A stretch of DNA of 64,000 nt from Nemertoderma westbladi (taxonomy: Eukaryota > Animalia > Xenacoelomorpha): contig JAUCBJ010007629.1 of the NCBI GenBank assembly GCA_032718475.1, positions 1 to 64,000 on the forward strand. The letters run 5' to 3'. This document shows, in pieces, positions 20,907-33,700 of this stretch. The position numbers and the translations under genes were made by a program. The notes under the pieces are model-generated. The model searched no databases, was not told the DNA's origin, and worked only from the letters and a program-made list of their open reading frames with translations. Numbering within the stretch: the stretch's first letter is position 1; every line of letters begins with the position of its first letter.

Positions 20907-23556
20907 CAGGCCTACTATTTATAAATCGTTTGAGTTGATTTATAATATATATATACCCGTTTAAAATGGGTTTTGTCAATATTTGAAATAAATGTTATTA
21001 TTTCTGGGGGGAGTCACTACACAGAAGCTGTGCGCTCTCAGTGAAGTGCTACTTATTGGACACTAAAACAGATAATTCTAATTTACCTAAGTTACTTAAT
21101 ACTACAAATTACGTACGATACGGGTGAGATTAATTCTCTAATTAAAACACAACAAAATATTACGTACGAAATTTTAGGGTAATTTTACAGGAAGTCTACA
21201 AACCAGCCTAACAAAGGGTTAGAATTCTGGTTATTACAACGGACAGGGTACTACGGTATTTGAAAATAATAAGTAGTAGTAAATATGTTGCGCTGTCCAG
21301 ATAGGAAAAATACCACCGTCTGACGACCTATAGCCGTATCGCTATAGGTACTACGTTATGTATCACAGAGTGTTCCTACCTGGAAGTTAATTACCGCGGA
21401 CTACCAGATCCAACGTGCCTATTAACCACTTTACAACACAATACACTGCCTACACACTAATTACTTTTGGAAAGCACTGTACACCAAACCCTAAATTAGG
21501 TACAAGTACTTATTAAAAACAGATAACTAGCAGTTAAATATACTTGAACAGTTAAAAGAACCACGGCATCTGCTGGAGTGACCGGAGCACAAAGTTACCA
21601 GTCTTTACCTACGCCAAGCAGCCCGTGTAGTACCGGGGTTAATTTAACTATAACGGTATGTGTAACAAGCACAATTACTGTAGGAATAAACTTGGGGACA
21701 TGAATGTTGCGAATAATCGCATAAACTCTGAATAATAAATATTACGCTACCCGTACAGAATACTCAAACAAAATACAAACCAAACGCTGGCAGACTACCA
21801 TCAAGCCTAAATAAACTACAGTATGTGCAGATTCCGAAATGGTTAGTTAGTATGCGTTCTAACACAGTAGTACGACTTATTCTTTAGGAGGGGGTTGACC
21901 TTACAACTCAAGATGCCCCAACTTACTAACTGGCACTTTATCGGACAGACTCTACACACGCCGCAATCTCTCCAGACCCAACAACAGCCAGACAACAATC
22001 CAGCCTACAATTATCTGAACAATCTGAGCAGACTTACACGTCTTCTGCTCAATATTAACTTACATGTAAATAAAACCGACAGAAATAAGTAAAATCTCAA
22101 TAAAAAACCAGGGCGGCCGTTCCCTGATTAAGTACTAAGACCTACCGGTGTACAATAATCAAAATCGAATAATACTAATGTACTTATACTGGAAGTACCG
22201 GTTAGGACAGTTGGGCCTACAGACCTACACCAGTACCGATTCTGGCAGTTGGGCCTACGGACCTACAGCAGTACCGGTTCAGGTTTACCGGTCGACCGGT
22301 ACTTTCAACTTTATTGCTTACTGCAATAAAGAAGATAACTGTTATTGTACGCGCTTTTGAAGAGCTTTAGCAGTTTAACCTGCCAAAATTTATATGTCTT
22401 TTGGTTTATAAATAGACTTTAACATATGACAAGTATTTAATACCAATAAACACAACATTAGCCGAAGCCAGCCTAGTGCGCGTCCATTCACCCGCTGGAT
22501 ATACCCGGGAGACTGGATTCGGAGGGCTTAGATTTTATTGCAGTATAACCTTACTGTATTATTCGATTGATCGTTAATAAATAATTTCTGACTAATATTA
22601 TTCACTTTCGGGAAATATTAACAGTTCCTTTAGGACGTGGCGCTCTATCTAGGTAAACAGAGAAATGACTTATACTAAACACAACGGTAAGACGGTAAGG
22701 CTTATGATTCACGTATGAGGCGCATTCTTTAGGAAATGCTTAGTTATCAGCCACAATCATGCACACTACCGGTACCGCACAATACTGCACACTAATCTGC
22801 CGACCGTCAATGAATTTTATCATACATAAAGAGAACAGCAATTGACTCATGTAGTGCCTATCAAATAGCATTAAATTCACTACAAACCACGATAATATAA
22901 GTCGCAATCGCTATATGTAACCTGTCTCTCTAACCTGTAGTGTATCAAGAAAATTGGGAAATTTGGGTTATTTATTGATGTTCTCCAAGTAATAATATTC
23001 AACCAACTGATACAAATAATGACAACAGTAAATAGCATTAAGACGGTAGGTTAAGATATGATATGTGTAACACTGATAATGCAGCACTGATACGCTGATT
23101 GAACTGGACTGATAACAGTTATACGTTCTATAATCTAAGCCTACTAATGTTTCTTCTAAAGTCTGAAAACAATTGACTCCAGAGCCGGTGTTCTTGGCCT
23201 AGAAGCAACAACACAACAGTAACAAGAAAACTATAAGACTGAACACGCCTAGTACCATGTAGAATGTCTCCACGTCTAAGGTAAAAATCGCTCTGATTGG
23301 CTGTTAAGCTGAACAAAGAACCATGTGTCCAACGGCCGTTTCCATGCCAGCAACCAGCTGTTGGATGTTGTAATCTGAATCATCAAGGCTACACTGTGCT
23401 AGAGGATTTGACGCATTGCGGGTTTTGTGTCTTGCCATGTCCGCCAAAGCACACATATAGAAAAACAACTTTTATGTCCGTTAAAACACCCACACGGTAC
23501 TTTGCGGGCAAGGGGACTGATTATATCCGCAAAAGCTTTTACAATAATAATAATAA

Positions 23557-24237
23557 ATGGCTGACTTTAATTCAGGTCCATATAATTTAAACTTTCAAAT
23601 GGGAACGATTATGATAATTTCTGGCCCATCTGGTTCTGGAAAATCAACGTTTGTGGGGAATTTAATTAAACACAAGAATGGTTGTTTCAACGAAGCCCCC
23701 ATGCGAGTATTGTATTGTTACGGGAGCAATCCCCCGACTATTCCCGGTATTACTCACCTTTACAAAGGTTTGCCAGAAAATATAGATAGTTTAGTGAATA
23801 GTCGAGATTTATTAATTATAGATGATTTATTAACAGAAACTGAGTCCAGTACAGCTTTAACTGTATTGTTTACTAAGGTAGCTCATCATTCCAATATATT
23901 TATTTGTTTTATAACGCAAAACATGTTTTACGGTGGGAAGCATAACCGCACAAGATCAATTAATAGCCATCCCTTAGTAATAATGAAAAATCCGCGAGAC
24001 AGTCTATCGGTTTTAAATTTCGCGAAGCAGATGTTACCAGGGCAGACCAAATTTTTAGTAGATTCCTATCAAGATGCGACAATTGAACCATTTTCGCATT
24101 TCTTAATTGATTTACGACAGGAAACACCCGAACATTTAAGATTTAGATCGGATATATTTCGTAATCATAATTGTTACATTAAAAATTACATTGACTATAA
24201 ACGTAGCGAAAATAATAATAATAATAATGATAAATAA
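23557..24237 (+). CDS. A32/FtsK-like DNA packaging ATPase
   Basis: Walker A GPSGSGKST, Walker B LLIIDDL, HHSN..ITQN, KNPRD. Confidence 0.92.
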   Translation: MADFNSGPYNLNFQMGTIMIISGPSGSGKSTFVGNLIKHKNGCFNEAPMRVLYCYGSNPPTIPGITHLYKGLPENIDSLVNSRDLLIIDDLLTETESSTALTVLFTKVAHHSNIFICFITQNMFYGGKHNRTRSINSHPLVIMKNPRDSLSVLNFAKQMLPGQTKFLVDSYQDATIEPFSHFLIDLRQETPEHLRFRSDIFRNHNCYIKNYIDYKRSENNNNNNDK

Positions 24238-24274
24238 TTAATATTTTGTAACAATTTTCAATAATGTTGCAACA

Positions 24275-24658
24275 ATGAATAGACTTGTGCAGAAATATCG
24301 TAATGAACTGGAATTTCTACGCCGCGCTACCCCTCAACAAAGAACTTATTTTATTAACCATACCGCGAGTAACGAATTAATACGGCTCATTGTAAATACT
24401 GCATTAAATGTTCTAAAAGGTAACGTACAATTGACCCCTCATCCATTTAGAAATATTCGCCGCTATAAGAAGGTATTGAAATCACTCAACCGTAAAACAA
24501 AAAATATATCAAGTTACAGAAAAAAGTTAAGCAATCAATCTGGAGGCATACTACCGTTTCTAATACCCTTACTCGGCATTGGCGCGAAACTCGCCACGAG
24601 TGATGGTGCCGCCCCCGCTGGAGCAGCTATTGCGAAAAAAATTAACCGTGGACGGTAA
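24275..24658 (+). CDS. Basic Polinton hypothetical protein
   Basis: LNVLKGN..L and NQSGGILPFLIPLL resemble the small ORFs seen next to the ATPase in Mavericks. Confidence 0.65.
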   Translation: MNRLVQKYRNELEFLRRATPQQRTYFINHTASNELIRLIVNTALNVLKGNVQLTPHPFRNIRRYKKVLKSLNRKTKNISSYRKKLSNQSGGILPFLIPLLGIGAKLATSDGAAPAGAAIAKKINRGR

Positions 24659-24882
24659 TAATGGTTAAAACAGGAGTAACATTTAGAAAATTATATTTAG
24701 TATCGAGTAAACCGTTAGCTACTGATTTAAAACCTCAAGATATACCTAGAGTAAATACTACAAAAAGAAAACCCTTCAAAACATCAACTTCAAAGAAAAT
24801 AATTAAAAAATTTCAGTTGTTCTTACGGTGATGCCCTTTATAAGAGATTTGAATATACATATTACTTGCGGTTGTCGAAAAG

Positions 24883-25206
24883 ATGCCACGCAAGATGAAA
24901 CCGATTTTAAACCGAAGCTTAGACAAAAAACTGTTAAGAATTTATTTAGATCCTTCATCCCCTGCGGGATTTGCAAGTGTTGCAAAATTAGCAAAAGCTG
25001 CAAACATCAAACCAGCACAAGCCCAGAAATGGTTGAGCGGGCAAAAGACATACACCCTTCACGCTCCACGTAGACATCATTATCCAACATCTAAAATATT
25101 TACGGGAGGCTTAAAAGATATATATATGATAGATCTAGTGGATATGCAGCAATATAAATCGCAAAATAATAATTATAACTATATATTAACATGTATTGAT
25201 GCCTAA
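24883..25206 (+). pseudogene. Polinton retroviral-like integrase, N-terminal fragment only
   Basis: Y.DP..PAGF, WLSGQKTYTLH, MIDLVDM...YILTCID then stop; the remaining catalytic D and E are absent. Confidence 0.85.
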
Positions 25207-25259
25207 ATTAATTAATTTTAGCGGAGGTCGCACTGTTATAACACTTAAGTTAATACGCG

Positions 25260-26114
25260 GTGGGGATGATGGATGAATTCTACGTTAGACTACCGAGTAA
25301 CTCCTGTCCAGTTGATTTTCCACGTAATTCTGCTAGTAGTTATCAGATCAATTTCCATGGCGCCTTACCTATAAACCCAAACGAAAACTGGGTGGTAGGT
25401 ATAAAAAGTATATTTTACTTAGCAACGTTGCCGTCAATGTATAACAATGTAGAGAATGTTATTTTATTAAAAAAAGGGAAAAAAAATTTTGAGGATACAC
25501 TTCCATCCGGTTTGTTCTACAGTATCAATGACATTATAGATTATTTTAAAACGGGGGCGTTGAAAGATAAATTACAAATAGTTGAAATTACTCAGCAAAA
25601 TAGGTTGCAATTTATTTTAGGGAAAGCGGTGCGAGAGTTATTTATAGGTCAACAATTAGCCTATTATTTTGGAATTACTGAAAATAATCTCGGCGCGAAT
25701 TTAAATCCAAATTTTAAAATTATTTTGAAGACGAAAAATAATATAAAGGGTTATTTAATAAAGGTTATCGGAAATGGAGAAAAAGCTTACCAGATGGTAT
25801 TTTTATGCCCTCAACCACCCAATTCTATTCCAGAACCTAAGTCGAACATGTACGTGACTACTAATATAATTGAAAATCAATATATTAATGATTTTGGTTT
25901 AGCTGTACTTCGTCGTGTTGCGATACCTGATGACGTGAAATATGGTAGCGTAATAAATAAAGAATTTGTCAAGGATACAATTCATTATATCCCTGTAAAA
26001 AAATCATATAAGATAACATACATTCATATTGAAATAACAGACAAAGAAGGAAAAGATTTGAATTTTGAATACGGGACAACATCTATTACATTACACTTTA
26101 AAAGAATAAATTAA
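25260..26114 (+). CDS. Minor capsid protein (penton-like)
   Basis: FYVRLPSNS...FPRNSASSY, WVVGI, C-terminal I.I.ITD..G..L.FE.G...TLHF. Confidence 0.85.
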   Translation: MGMMDEFYVRLPSNSCPVDFPRNSASSYQINFHGALPINPNENWVVGIKSIFYLATLPSMYNNVENVILLKKGKKNFEDTLPSGLFYSINDIIDYFKTGALKDKLQIVEITQQNRLQFILGKAVRELFIGQQLAYYFGITENNLGANLNPNFKIILKTKNNIKGYLIKVIGNGEKAYQMVFLCPQPPNSIPEPKSNMYVTTNIIENQYINDFGLAVLRRVAIPDDVKYGSVINKEFVKDTIHYIPVKKSYKITYIHIEITDKEGKDLNFEYGTTSITLHFKRIN

Positions 26115-26115
26115 A

Positions 26116-26627
26116 ATGGATTCTGATTTATTTCAAAGATACAGTAAACCTCAATATGGTGGTGCAGACTCTAATCTTGCTGTTTTTAAAGGTGGTAGAA
26201 GTACGAGAGGCTCGACGCAAGTTCCTGTTTTTCGAGGTGGTTCATATATTGACCCTTACTGTCAACAAATTGGTGCATTTGGTCCAAACTTAAAACAACG
26301 TCGTTTTCAACGTTATCGTAGAGGATTTGAAAAAATTTGGTAAGCCATTAGCTAAAAAAGTGTTACAAAAAGCTTTACCATTTACCACAAAATTTATGAG
26401 ACAACACGTAATACCAAAAGGTAAGCGGTCTTACATCAGCAGGCTAATACGGTTATTAATAAAGCATTAAATAAAATGAAACCATCAACCAGATCTGTTG
26501 TAGAAAAAGTTTATAGAGATTTAAAGCGACCTACTAGACCAATGTCTATGAACATACATCATCGTCGTAGTAAAAATAGAAAAATAAAAAAAGGCAAACT
26601 GAAACACTGCGAAAAAAGTATTATTTA
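26116..26627 (+). pseudogene. Basic core-protein-like ORF with GG motifs, interrupted
   Basis: QYGG, FKGG, FRGG resemble adenain cleavage sites; Lys/Arg-rich sequence continues past the stop at 26343. Confidence 0.45.
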
Positions 26628-26630
26628 ATA

Positions 26631-27896
26631 ATGTCAATTATTAAGGAATTAGATTTATTTTCTACACAGCCAATACAGACTGAATTTAAAGCAAAGCATT
26701 ATGAAACAATTTACCCAGTATCTAATCTCAGAAGTGAGTCTAGGGAAGTCACTTTCCTTGTACCGAGATCCAATGAATTCTATACGAAACTGCAAGATGC
26801 GTTATTAATTACAAAATGTACTGTACGGTGGGATAGACGACTTGAAAACTCCCATATTTATATGTTGAATTACCCTTCTGGGACTATGTGGAGTGATATT
26901 AAAATAGACCTTAATCAGAAGCAGGTTGAAAATAGCAATAACCATTATTTCTACAAGTCGTACTTATCCAATTTATTATTTACAACTTACGAGGATAAAA
27001 ATGGGCTACTGGGTGCGGGTGGCTTTCATCAGCCTTTATCTGAACACGGAAATGAAATTGATCCCGGTGCGCATCCTATTGGCGATGCCTTTAGTAAACA
27101 AATGCAATTTGTAAGTGGATTGACGATTGATTTTGATACTGAAACTAAAATAATACAACCCGGGTATGATTTAAGAATGCATTTTAGAAAAGTATCAAAT
27201 TCGTTTATTTTTAAAATCACTCCAAACGCAAACGCCGTGACAAATCTTCGGCTAGAATTAGATGAAGTAAAGATCCTAATCCCTAGGATGGAGGTTAATC
27301 CGGTAATAGAAAGCAGTCACCTAAAAGGTTTAGAGAGTTACGATATTGAATATCAATTCCAAAAAAAGGAGGTTACAACAAAAATATTTACTATTCCTGC
27401 TCAAACCACAAATTACACCCAAACAAACATATTTGATGGTAAAAAACCCAAATTAGTTATTATCGGTTTTATAACAAATAATGCATATTCGGGAGAATTA
27501 ATTAGCAATCCCTTGAAATTTGAACATTTTAACCTTAGACGTGCGGAACTGATTGTAGACGGTCTTCCAGTAGGTGGTGTAATATACGAGCCTAATTTTA
27601 CAGATGGAACATATATTTTTGAGTATACTCAATTAATGAAGAACATTAATACATATATTAATGGTTATGGGGGTAATAATATAGACCATGAAACCTACTT
27701 AGGTAATTGCCCCCTCCTATCCTGGGACCTAACCGCCGACGGCTATGTTAGAGATCCGCAGCCGTCGATATATACTAACGGCCAATTAAAATTAAGATTT
27801 GCCGAAACGTTGGTTGAAACCATAAATGTAATCGTTTTTAATATTTATGATCAATCATTAAGTTTAAATAGCAGGAAAGAAATACATATCGATTAA
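26631..27896 (+). CDS. Major capsid protein (double jelly-roll)
   Basis: ELDLFS..PIQ, YFYKSYL..LL, IFDGKKPKLVIIGF, AYSG....NP.KF.HF; located directly before adenain. Confidence 0.87.
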   Translation: MSIIKELDLFSTQPIQTEFKAKHYETIYPVSNLRSESREVTFLVPRSNEFYTKLQDALLITKCTVRWDRRLENSHIYMLNYPSGTMWSDIKIDLNQKQVENSNNHYFYKSYLSNLLFTTYEDKNGLLGAGGFHQPLSEHGNEIDPGAHPIGDAFSKQMQFVSGLTIDFDTETKIIQPGYDLRMHFRKVSNSFIFKITPNANAVTNLRLELDEVKILIPRMEVNPVIESSHLKGLESYDIEYQFQKKEVTTKIFTIPAQTTNYTQTNIFDGKKPKLVIIGFITNNAYSGELISNPLKFEHFNLRRAELIVDGLPVGGVIYEPNFTDGTYIFEYTQLMKNINTYINGYGGNNIDHETYLGNCPLLSWDLTADGYVRDPQPSIYTNGQLKLRFAETLVETINVIVFNIYDQSLSLNSRKEIHID

Positions 27897-27898
27897 GT

Positions 27899-28351
27899 AT
27901 GTTATCTACAGAGGACCTTGATATGTTTCCAGTGGGTGGTCACTATTTGGGTGCTTTTCCAGCTAATAAATTACCTAAATTAGATAATAATAAGCGGAGA
28001 TATTATGGGTTAATAGTAAATACCGATAAAGAGCATCTGCCCGGGATTCATTGGATCGCAATATATATACGAGATAATGAGGCTGAATTATTTGATTCGT
28101 TTGGATCAAAATATCCAAACAGATGTATCGAAAAATGGCTTGAGAAAAATTCCGCAAGATGGCGTACTACCCGCAAACAATTTCAAGACCCCAGGAGGAC
28201 CACATGCGGCCTATACTGTCTCTATTACTTGGTAAATCGAATTCACACAAACTATCCAATGAGTGTGTTTACAAATAATGTGGAAATAAATGAAATAATA
28301 TTATATAAATGGCTTGTTAATTATTATAAAATAAACCAACAAGCGTTGTAA
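27899..28351 (+). CDS. Adenain-like cysteine maturation protease
   Basis: VNTD....PGIHW, FDSFG, Q......TCGLYC. Confidence 0.93.
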   Translation: MLSTEDLDMFPVGGHYLGAFPANKLPKLDNNKRRYYGLIVNTDKEHLPGIHWIAIYIRDNEAELFDSFGSKYPNRCIEKWLEKNSARWRTTRKQFQDPRRTTCGLYCLYYLVNRIHTNYPMSVFTNNVEINEIILYKWLVNYYKINQQAL

Positions 28352-28382
28352 TTAATCATTTAACTTTTGTTTATCAGATAAA

Positions 28383-28979
28383 ATGGATAATATTATTTTT
28401 GTTGATTTTCAATATTATAAGATAGACAATAAAGAGTATCCGGTAGTATTTAAAGAATTTGCTATATTCGATTCTAATTACACCAAAACTAATGTAAAGA
28501 CGTTTTTAATTAAAGGCCCACCTAATATTAAGTTATCAGCCTTAGATGTAGCTCACGTAAACAATTTACGAGACATGACTTCGCATTTACCTTGGGATTA
28601 CGGCGACATTTCGCAAGATGACTTTAAAAAATACATGAAGAGACATTTAAAATATAAAAAAAATATTCATGTATTTGGGTTGATGAAGCAGGCAATATTA
28701 GTTTCCCAACTTGATGTTCTCGCACCAAATTCGATGGAGAAATTGTGGATATATCATCAGCAATATTACAATTATTTAACCCCCTGTCTCTTCCACGATC
28801 AATTTATTGCACTAGAAAATAAATGTGCGTTCCACTTAAACACAAAGGATAACTGTCTGCGGTATTGCTCTGCAAAACGTGTCAGTGGGTTTGAATTGAA
28901 ACGATTTTTCGTGAGAAAGCGTTTAACTGAGTCAGGCGATAAACAGAAAGAAATAACTGCGGTGGAAGATGTACTGTAG
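28383..28979 (+). CDS. Polinton hypothetical protein, possible RNase H/DnaQ fold
   Basis: IIFVDFQ..FKEFAI N-terminus, LPWDYGD, C-terminal C..H......C. Confidence 0.55.
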   Translation: MDNIIFVDFQYYKIDNKEYPVVFKEFAIFDSNYTKTNVKTFLIKGPPNIKLSALDVAHVNNLRDMTSHLPWDYGDISQDDFKKYMKRHLKYKKNIHVFGLMKQAILVSQLDVLAPNSMEKLWIYHQQYYNYLTPCLFHDQFIALENKCAFHLNTKDNCLRYCSAKRVSGFELKRFFVRKRLTESGDKQKEITAVEDVL

Positions 28980-29310
28980 GTTTACTGTAAGCTTGTAATG
29001 TGATGGGATATAATATAATTTTATTTTGGTGATGATCTTGATGTTAATATAAAAATATAATAAAATATAATTTTTTACAACAAGTTCTCTAAAAAAGAGT
29101 CAATTGCGCTAGGTTAACCATACACATTTAACAATATGACGTAGATGTAACATGTACAGTAAGTATTCTCGCGTTATACATCGCAAACTAATAACACATA
29201 CAGTAGTTGACTAGTAATATTAGTCAGAAATGCAACATAAACTGTATAGGATGTAGTGTTAACCTGTTGGTAGCGGTACTGATAAATTCAATAATTTATT
29301 ATAGGCCTAA

Positions 29311-30060
29311 CCACAACTGTCATCCGCTTTATCAGTACAGCAGTAATCTGATGCAATAGCATACTGCTGTCATGATCCGGATTACACGCAGGGGTCTCAC
29401 ATACAGGGATTAGATCACCTACCCAAACAATACAGTACTGCAGTACTGTCGTTGTTGTTGTAACAGTATAGTCAGATAGAGCATACTGATTTCCTTTGAT
29501 TAGCATTGTACTGCAGTACCAGTACTACAGTATTAATGTAACAGTACCTGCAGTAACAAACTAAGCCAATGTATACAATATCGTGAGCCAGTTACAATCA
29601 GATGTGTACGCAGTCAGCCACACTGTGGGGATGCGGTCAACCTCACAGCTAGCCTCGCAGCTCCTATCCACAACTGTCATCCACTTTATCAGTACAGCAG
29701 TAATCTGATGCAATAGCATTTGTTTTTTTCACCTATAAGGATACTGCTGTCTACCCGAACCTTGATTAGCATACTGCTGTCATAACCTAGAAGGTAGGCG
29801 TGGCTCTCACATATAGGGATTAGATCCCCTACCCAAACAATACAGTACTGCAGTACTGTCACTGTTGTTGTTGTAACAGTATAGTCAGATGCAGCATGCT
29901 GATTTCCTTTAATTAGCATTGTACCGCAGTACCGCTACTACAGTATTAATGTAACAGTACCTGCAGTAACAAAATAAACCATTGTATACAATATCGTGAG
30001 CCAGTTACAATCGGATGTGTGCGCAGTCAGCCATGTTGCTGGGATGCGGTCCACCTCGCA
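29311..30060. repeat. Tandem duplication of about 360-390 bp between the convergent Polinton gene blocks
   Basis: CCACAACTGTCATCC..TTTATCAGTACAGCAGTAATCTGATGC at about 29311 and 29668, followed by GCAGCC-type short repeats to about 30155. Confidence 0.8.
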
Positions 30061-30243
30061 GCCACCCAGCCAACCTCGCAGCTAGTCACGCAGTCAGCCT
30101 CGCGGTCGGTCATGCAGCCAGCCAGCCAGCCACGCAGCTAGGCACGCAGTCAGCCTGAGAGAGTCATACTTATTCAAACGAGGTTAGTTTTCCCTAACTA
30201 CCGATAGATCGAATGAAAAATAATAATGTTTAATTTTCACCTT

Positions 30244-30798
30244 CTAATCACCAATATATTCTACACCTAAAGTCACAACACCAAACAATAATAAATAATT
30301 AACAAGTTTACTAAATATAGGGTAATAAATGTGAAATTTGCTAGGTGAACACATTAAAGTACATTTACCGGTATGAAAGCAGCAAATGACTACGGTATTA
30401 TTTATTCTTATTTTGCAATTATTAAAAATTTCAGGTTCATATATAACTTGAAGTTGCACATTATCAAAGACAACATAAAACCCGGTATTGTTTATCAATA
30501 ACCTATAGACTACAGACTTAATACTAAAAATATAAGTACATAAATTAACAGATTTTAAAATCAAATTAATACTAGTTTTATCAAATATATGCTTTTTTAC
30601 TTTTTGGAAATTATACTTACTGCCTAATAATGTAATATGACCATTTTTAAATATTAATAATGTGGCACCAAATATCTTATATATAAACTGATTTGGTTTG
30701 AGTATGTGTTTACCAGATAATTGATTTTTTAATTCTTTAAAATTAATCGCTGACACTTGCTGGCAACTTACATTCTTATTAATGATCTGATAGTTCAT
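30244..30798 (-). CDS. TATA-binding-protein-like protein
   Basis: Two TBP-repeat signatures: ATLLIFKNGHITLLG and YEPEIF...R......CFHTGKCTL; 184 aa matches the TBP core size. Confidence 0.7.
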   Translation of the reverse strand: MNYQIINKNVSCQQVSAINFKELKNQLSGKHILKPNQFIYKIFGATLLIFKNGHITLLGSKYNFQKVKKHIFDKTSINLILKSVNLCTYIFSIKSVVYRLLINNTGFYVVFDNVQLQVIYEPEIFNNCKIRINNTVVICCFHTGKCTLMCSPSKFHIYYPIFSKLVNYLLLFGVVTLGVEYIGD

Positions 30799-33700
30799 TG
30801 TTTGGCTCCCGATAAATAGGTATATTGTTTTTTTTTATCGGTTTTTCAACCTTTGTTTGATAGTGACCCCAGGGAAGTGAATGATTTTTATTAACCCAAT
30901 AAAGTTTATCGTCAAATGCACTGAGAGCAAACTTATCTCGTGCTACAGTATACACTTTGTGTAATTGGCTCTGAAATTGATGCGTTTCCTTGGAAATTTC
31001 TTCATTATCCTTATATGCTCTTAAATAATCTTCGTGGCAAATATTTTTATCCACGACAGCTCTTGTTATTCCTTTCGCCCGTCGTATATTTGATTCATTC
31101 CATTCCAAAATTGAATATAATTTTGGTCTTAAAAATACTGCTTGTTTAATCTCTCTCGAGCACAACTCGTCTTTACAGTAATAGAGCCTGGATTTATTTT
31201 TATCGCTGTAGAGAGGGTGATCCTTGGGGTAATTGGATGTATCTAGAATATTATTTTTAATTAAGGCTTTTAAAAAATTATTCTGCGATGTATTATAGTA
31301 ACAACCTATTAAAGAGTCCGTATCTGATGCTACAATTTCAATACGACAGTTTAATTCTTTCTCAATAGGTAGCAATTTATTATAGTACAACTCATACATA
31401 TCTAATTTAGCCAAGTCCAAGACAGTACTACCTATATAGACCGGCTTATCGAGAGTTACAGAGTCTTTTACTAATAAGTGACCCGATAAGGAATCGTTAT
31501 AAATCATGAAATTTTCATGATTGATACGTTTTACCAATAAATTTCATTTCTCACTGCTATTAGCGATACAAAAGTTACATCGATCTCTTATCTTCTCTAT
31601 CGTTTTTCCAAATAATGAATTATTTAGAAGCTTTGCAACAGCTGTTTCAATGTAACTTTTTGCTACTCGCCTTTGATTAATATTAAAATCTATATAGGGT
31701 TTAAATATAAAGTCTTGATGGAAAGAATACAATTTATGTAGTTTAGTAACAATTAAACCTTGTTTCATATAAAATTTTAACATTTAAAATTTACATGATA
31801 GAATTCTTTATCGAATTGTGTCAGCATAAGTTTTGGAGCACACATCTTATACTTGCTATTAGTACCTCTTTGTTTACATACATGATTATATTGTTCCCTC
31901 ATATATGGTGAAAGCATTGTCTCATTTATACTTAAATGTTCTGGGGCTAAGGGTAGTTCTAATGTACGATCATGAATATCTTTGGGATATTTCAAATCGC
32001 AAATTAAGAAAAACCCAATATCCCCTTCAGTATCAAGATTTGTTAAATAGTTTATTAGTTCTTCTGGAGCGGCATTCTCTAAATATGTAACGTTGACTTG
32101 TTCAAAACCTGAAACAGGTAGCTTTTTACTTAAATTACCTGAATACAAGGAATTAAAATCTATATTGAAAATATGACACTCTTCCTTGCTTGGATCATAA
32201 TTATCAGTATCTGGTATATTTGATCCTATGTAATGCTTTCGACAGAATGCAACCCCTCCTCTAATAGATGCTTCAAAATCTCTATATGTTTGGTAATCTT
32301 TTATTAATGCTAACTTATATTTATTGTATTTCAGAGCGCAATCATAAGTGAAAGCTGCGATACTGCAATAATAAACTACTTCTAATTCGTAGTTTTGTCT
32401 ACATACTCTCCTAAAGTTCTCAAATATATCAGCGAGGAGACAAACATCGAGTTTTAAGTAAGCTAAAAGATAATCCTTGAGATTTGTACACTCAAACTGA
32501 CTCCATGATGCGTTGGCAAAACTATATTCCTCGGGAGTACAGGTATTTTGTGTTAATTTACTATAAAATTTGTCTATTGATGGTAATTTCGAATCATTGA
32601 ATTTATTTAAATCTGTTAGATACTCGTAGGGAAATATACCTTTTCGTTTAATTGTTGCATTATTTAAATTCGGATAAAAATATTTCATTTGCTGTTCAGT
32701 AATTGGTAGAACTGATGTTATATCCTCGCTGTCTATATCCTTTGTTGAACAATCAACTAAAGTACTTAGGGAAAAGGATAAAAATTGATATGTGTCTAAG
32801 ACACGTAGCTCAATCTTTGTTTTTGAGTCTTTCACCGGTATATGCATGCTTAGTGAAATATACCTTTCAGAATTTTTAGGGATCACCTTTATATCCCAAT
32901 CGGAATATTTATTGTTGGTAAAACCAACTTGTAAAAGAAAATGCAAATCATAGTGATTGCAGTTGTGTGCAGCGAGTATATATATGTGTCGTTTCAACGA
33001 TAAAGAGCGGTTACATGCGTTACAAGCGGCCGCTATATAGTTACCAGTAATATGTGAGTGATGTTTGTTTTTCTCAGATTTATCCTTAAATAAAACATTG
33101 CAATAAAAGCAAGTTTTAGCTTTCCAAAAACTTAACTTATCTACATCATTAAGTATCATTTTTTCATGTGTGTGGTCTTCTGACCACTTATATAATTGGG
33201 TGATGTCATTATATACAGAGTCTAAAAAGTCTTGAATACAGTTGTTGTCGATTGTTTTTGTAAAGGTCTTCAAATAAAATTTTGGTGGATTGATTGATTC
33301 GGTACTAGGGACAATTAAATAACTTACAGCGCATGGAATATGATTCTGAATAAATTTACTGTTGCTGGATGGCTCCAAAATAGATTCTATGTCAAAATAT
33401 ATTACAAACAATGCTGGTAATGTTCTGTCTAAATTTCTAAAGCTAATGTGAGTTCTTTTTTCAGATGGTAGCTTCTCAACTTGACTTTTTCCTCGATAAC
33501 AAGCAAGACGGTGACGTTCTAGAACATCCTTGCTGTAGGACTGAGACAAACACCGTTCACAATATTTCCTACATCCAATATGCTTACCTCTTGTATTCAA
33601 CAAACGATTTAAGTTAGTTATGCAAACATAATGTGATTGTTTTGATTTATTCTTATTTTTTACAAGTAATATATTCAATAACTCTTTATCTGGAGTGATT

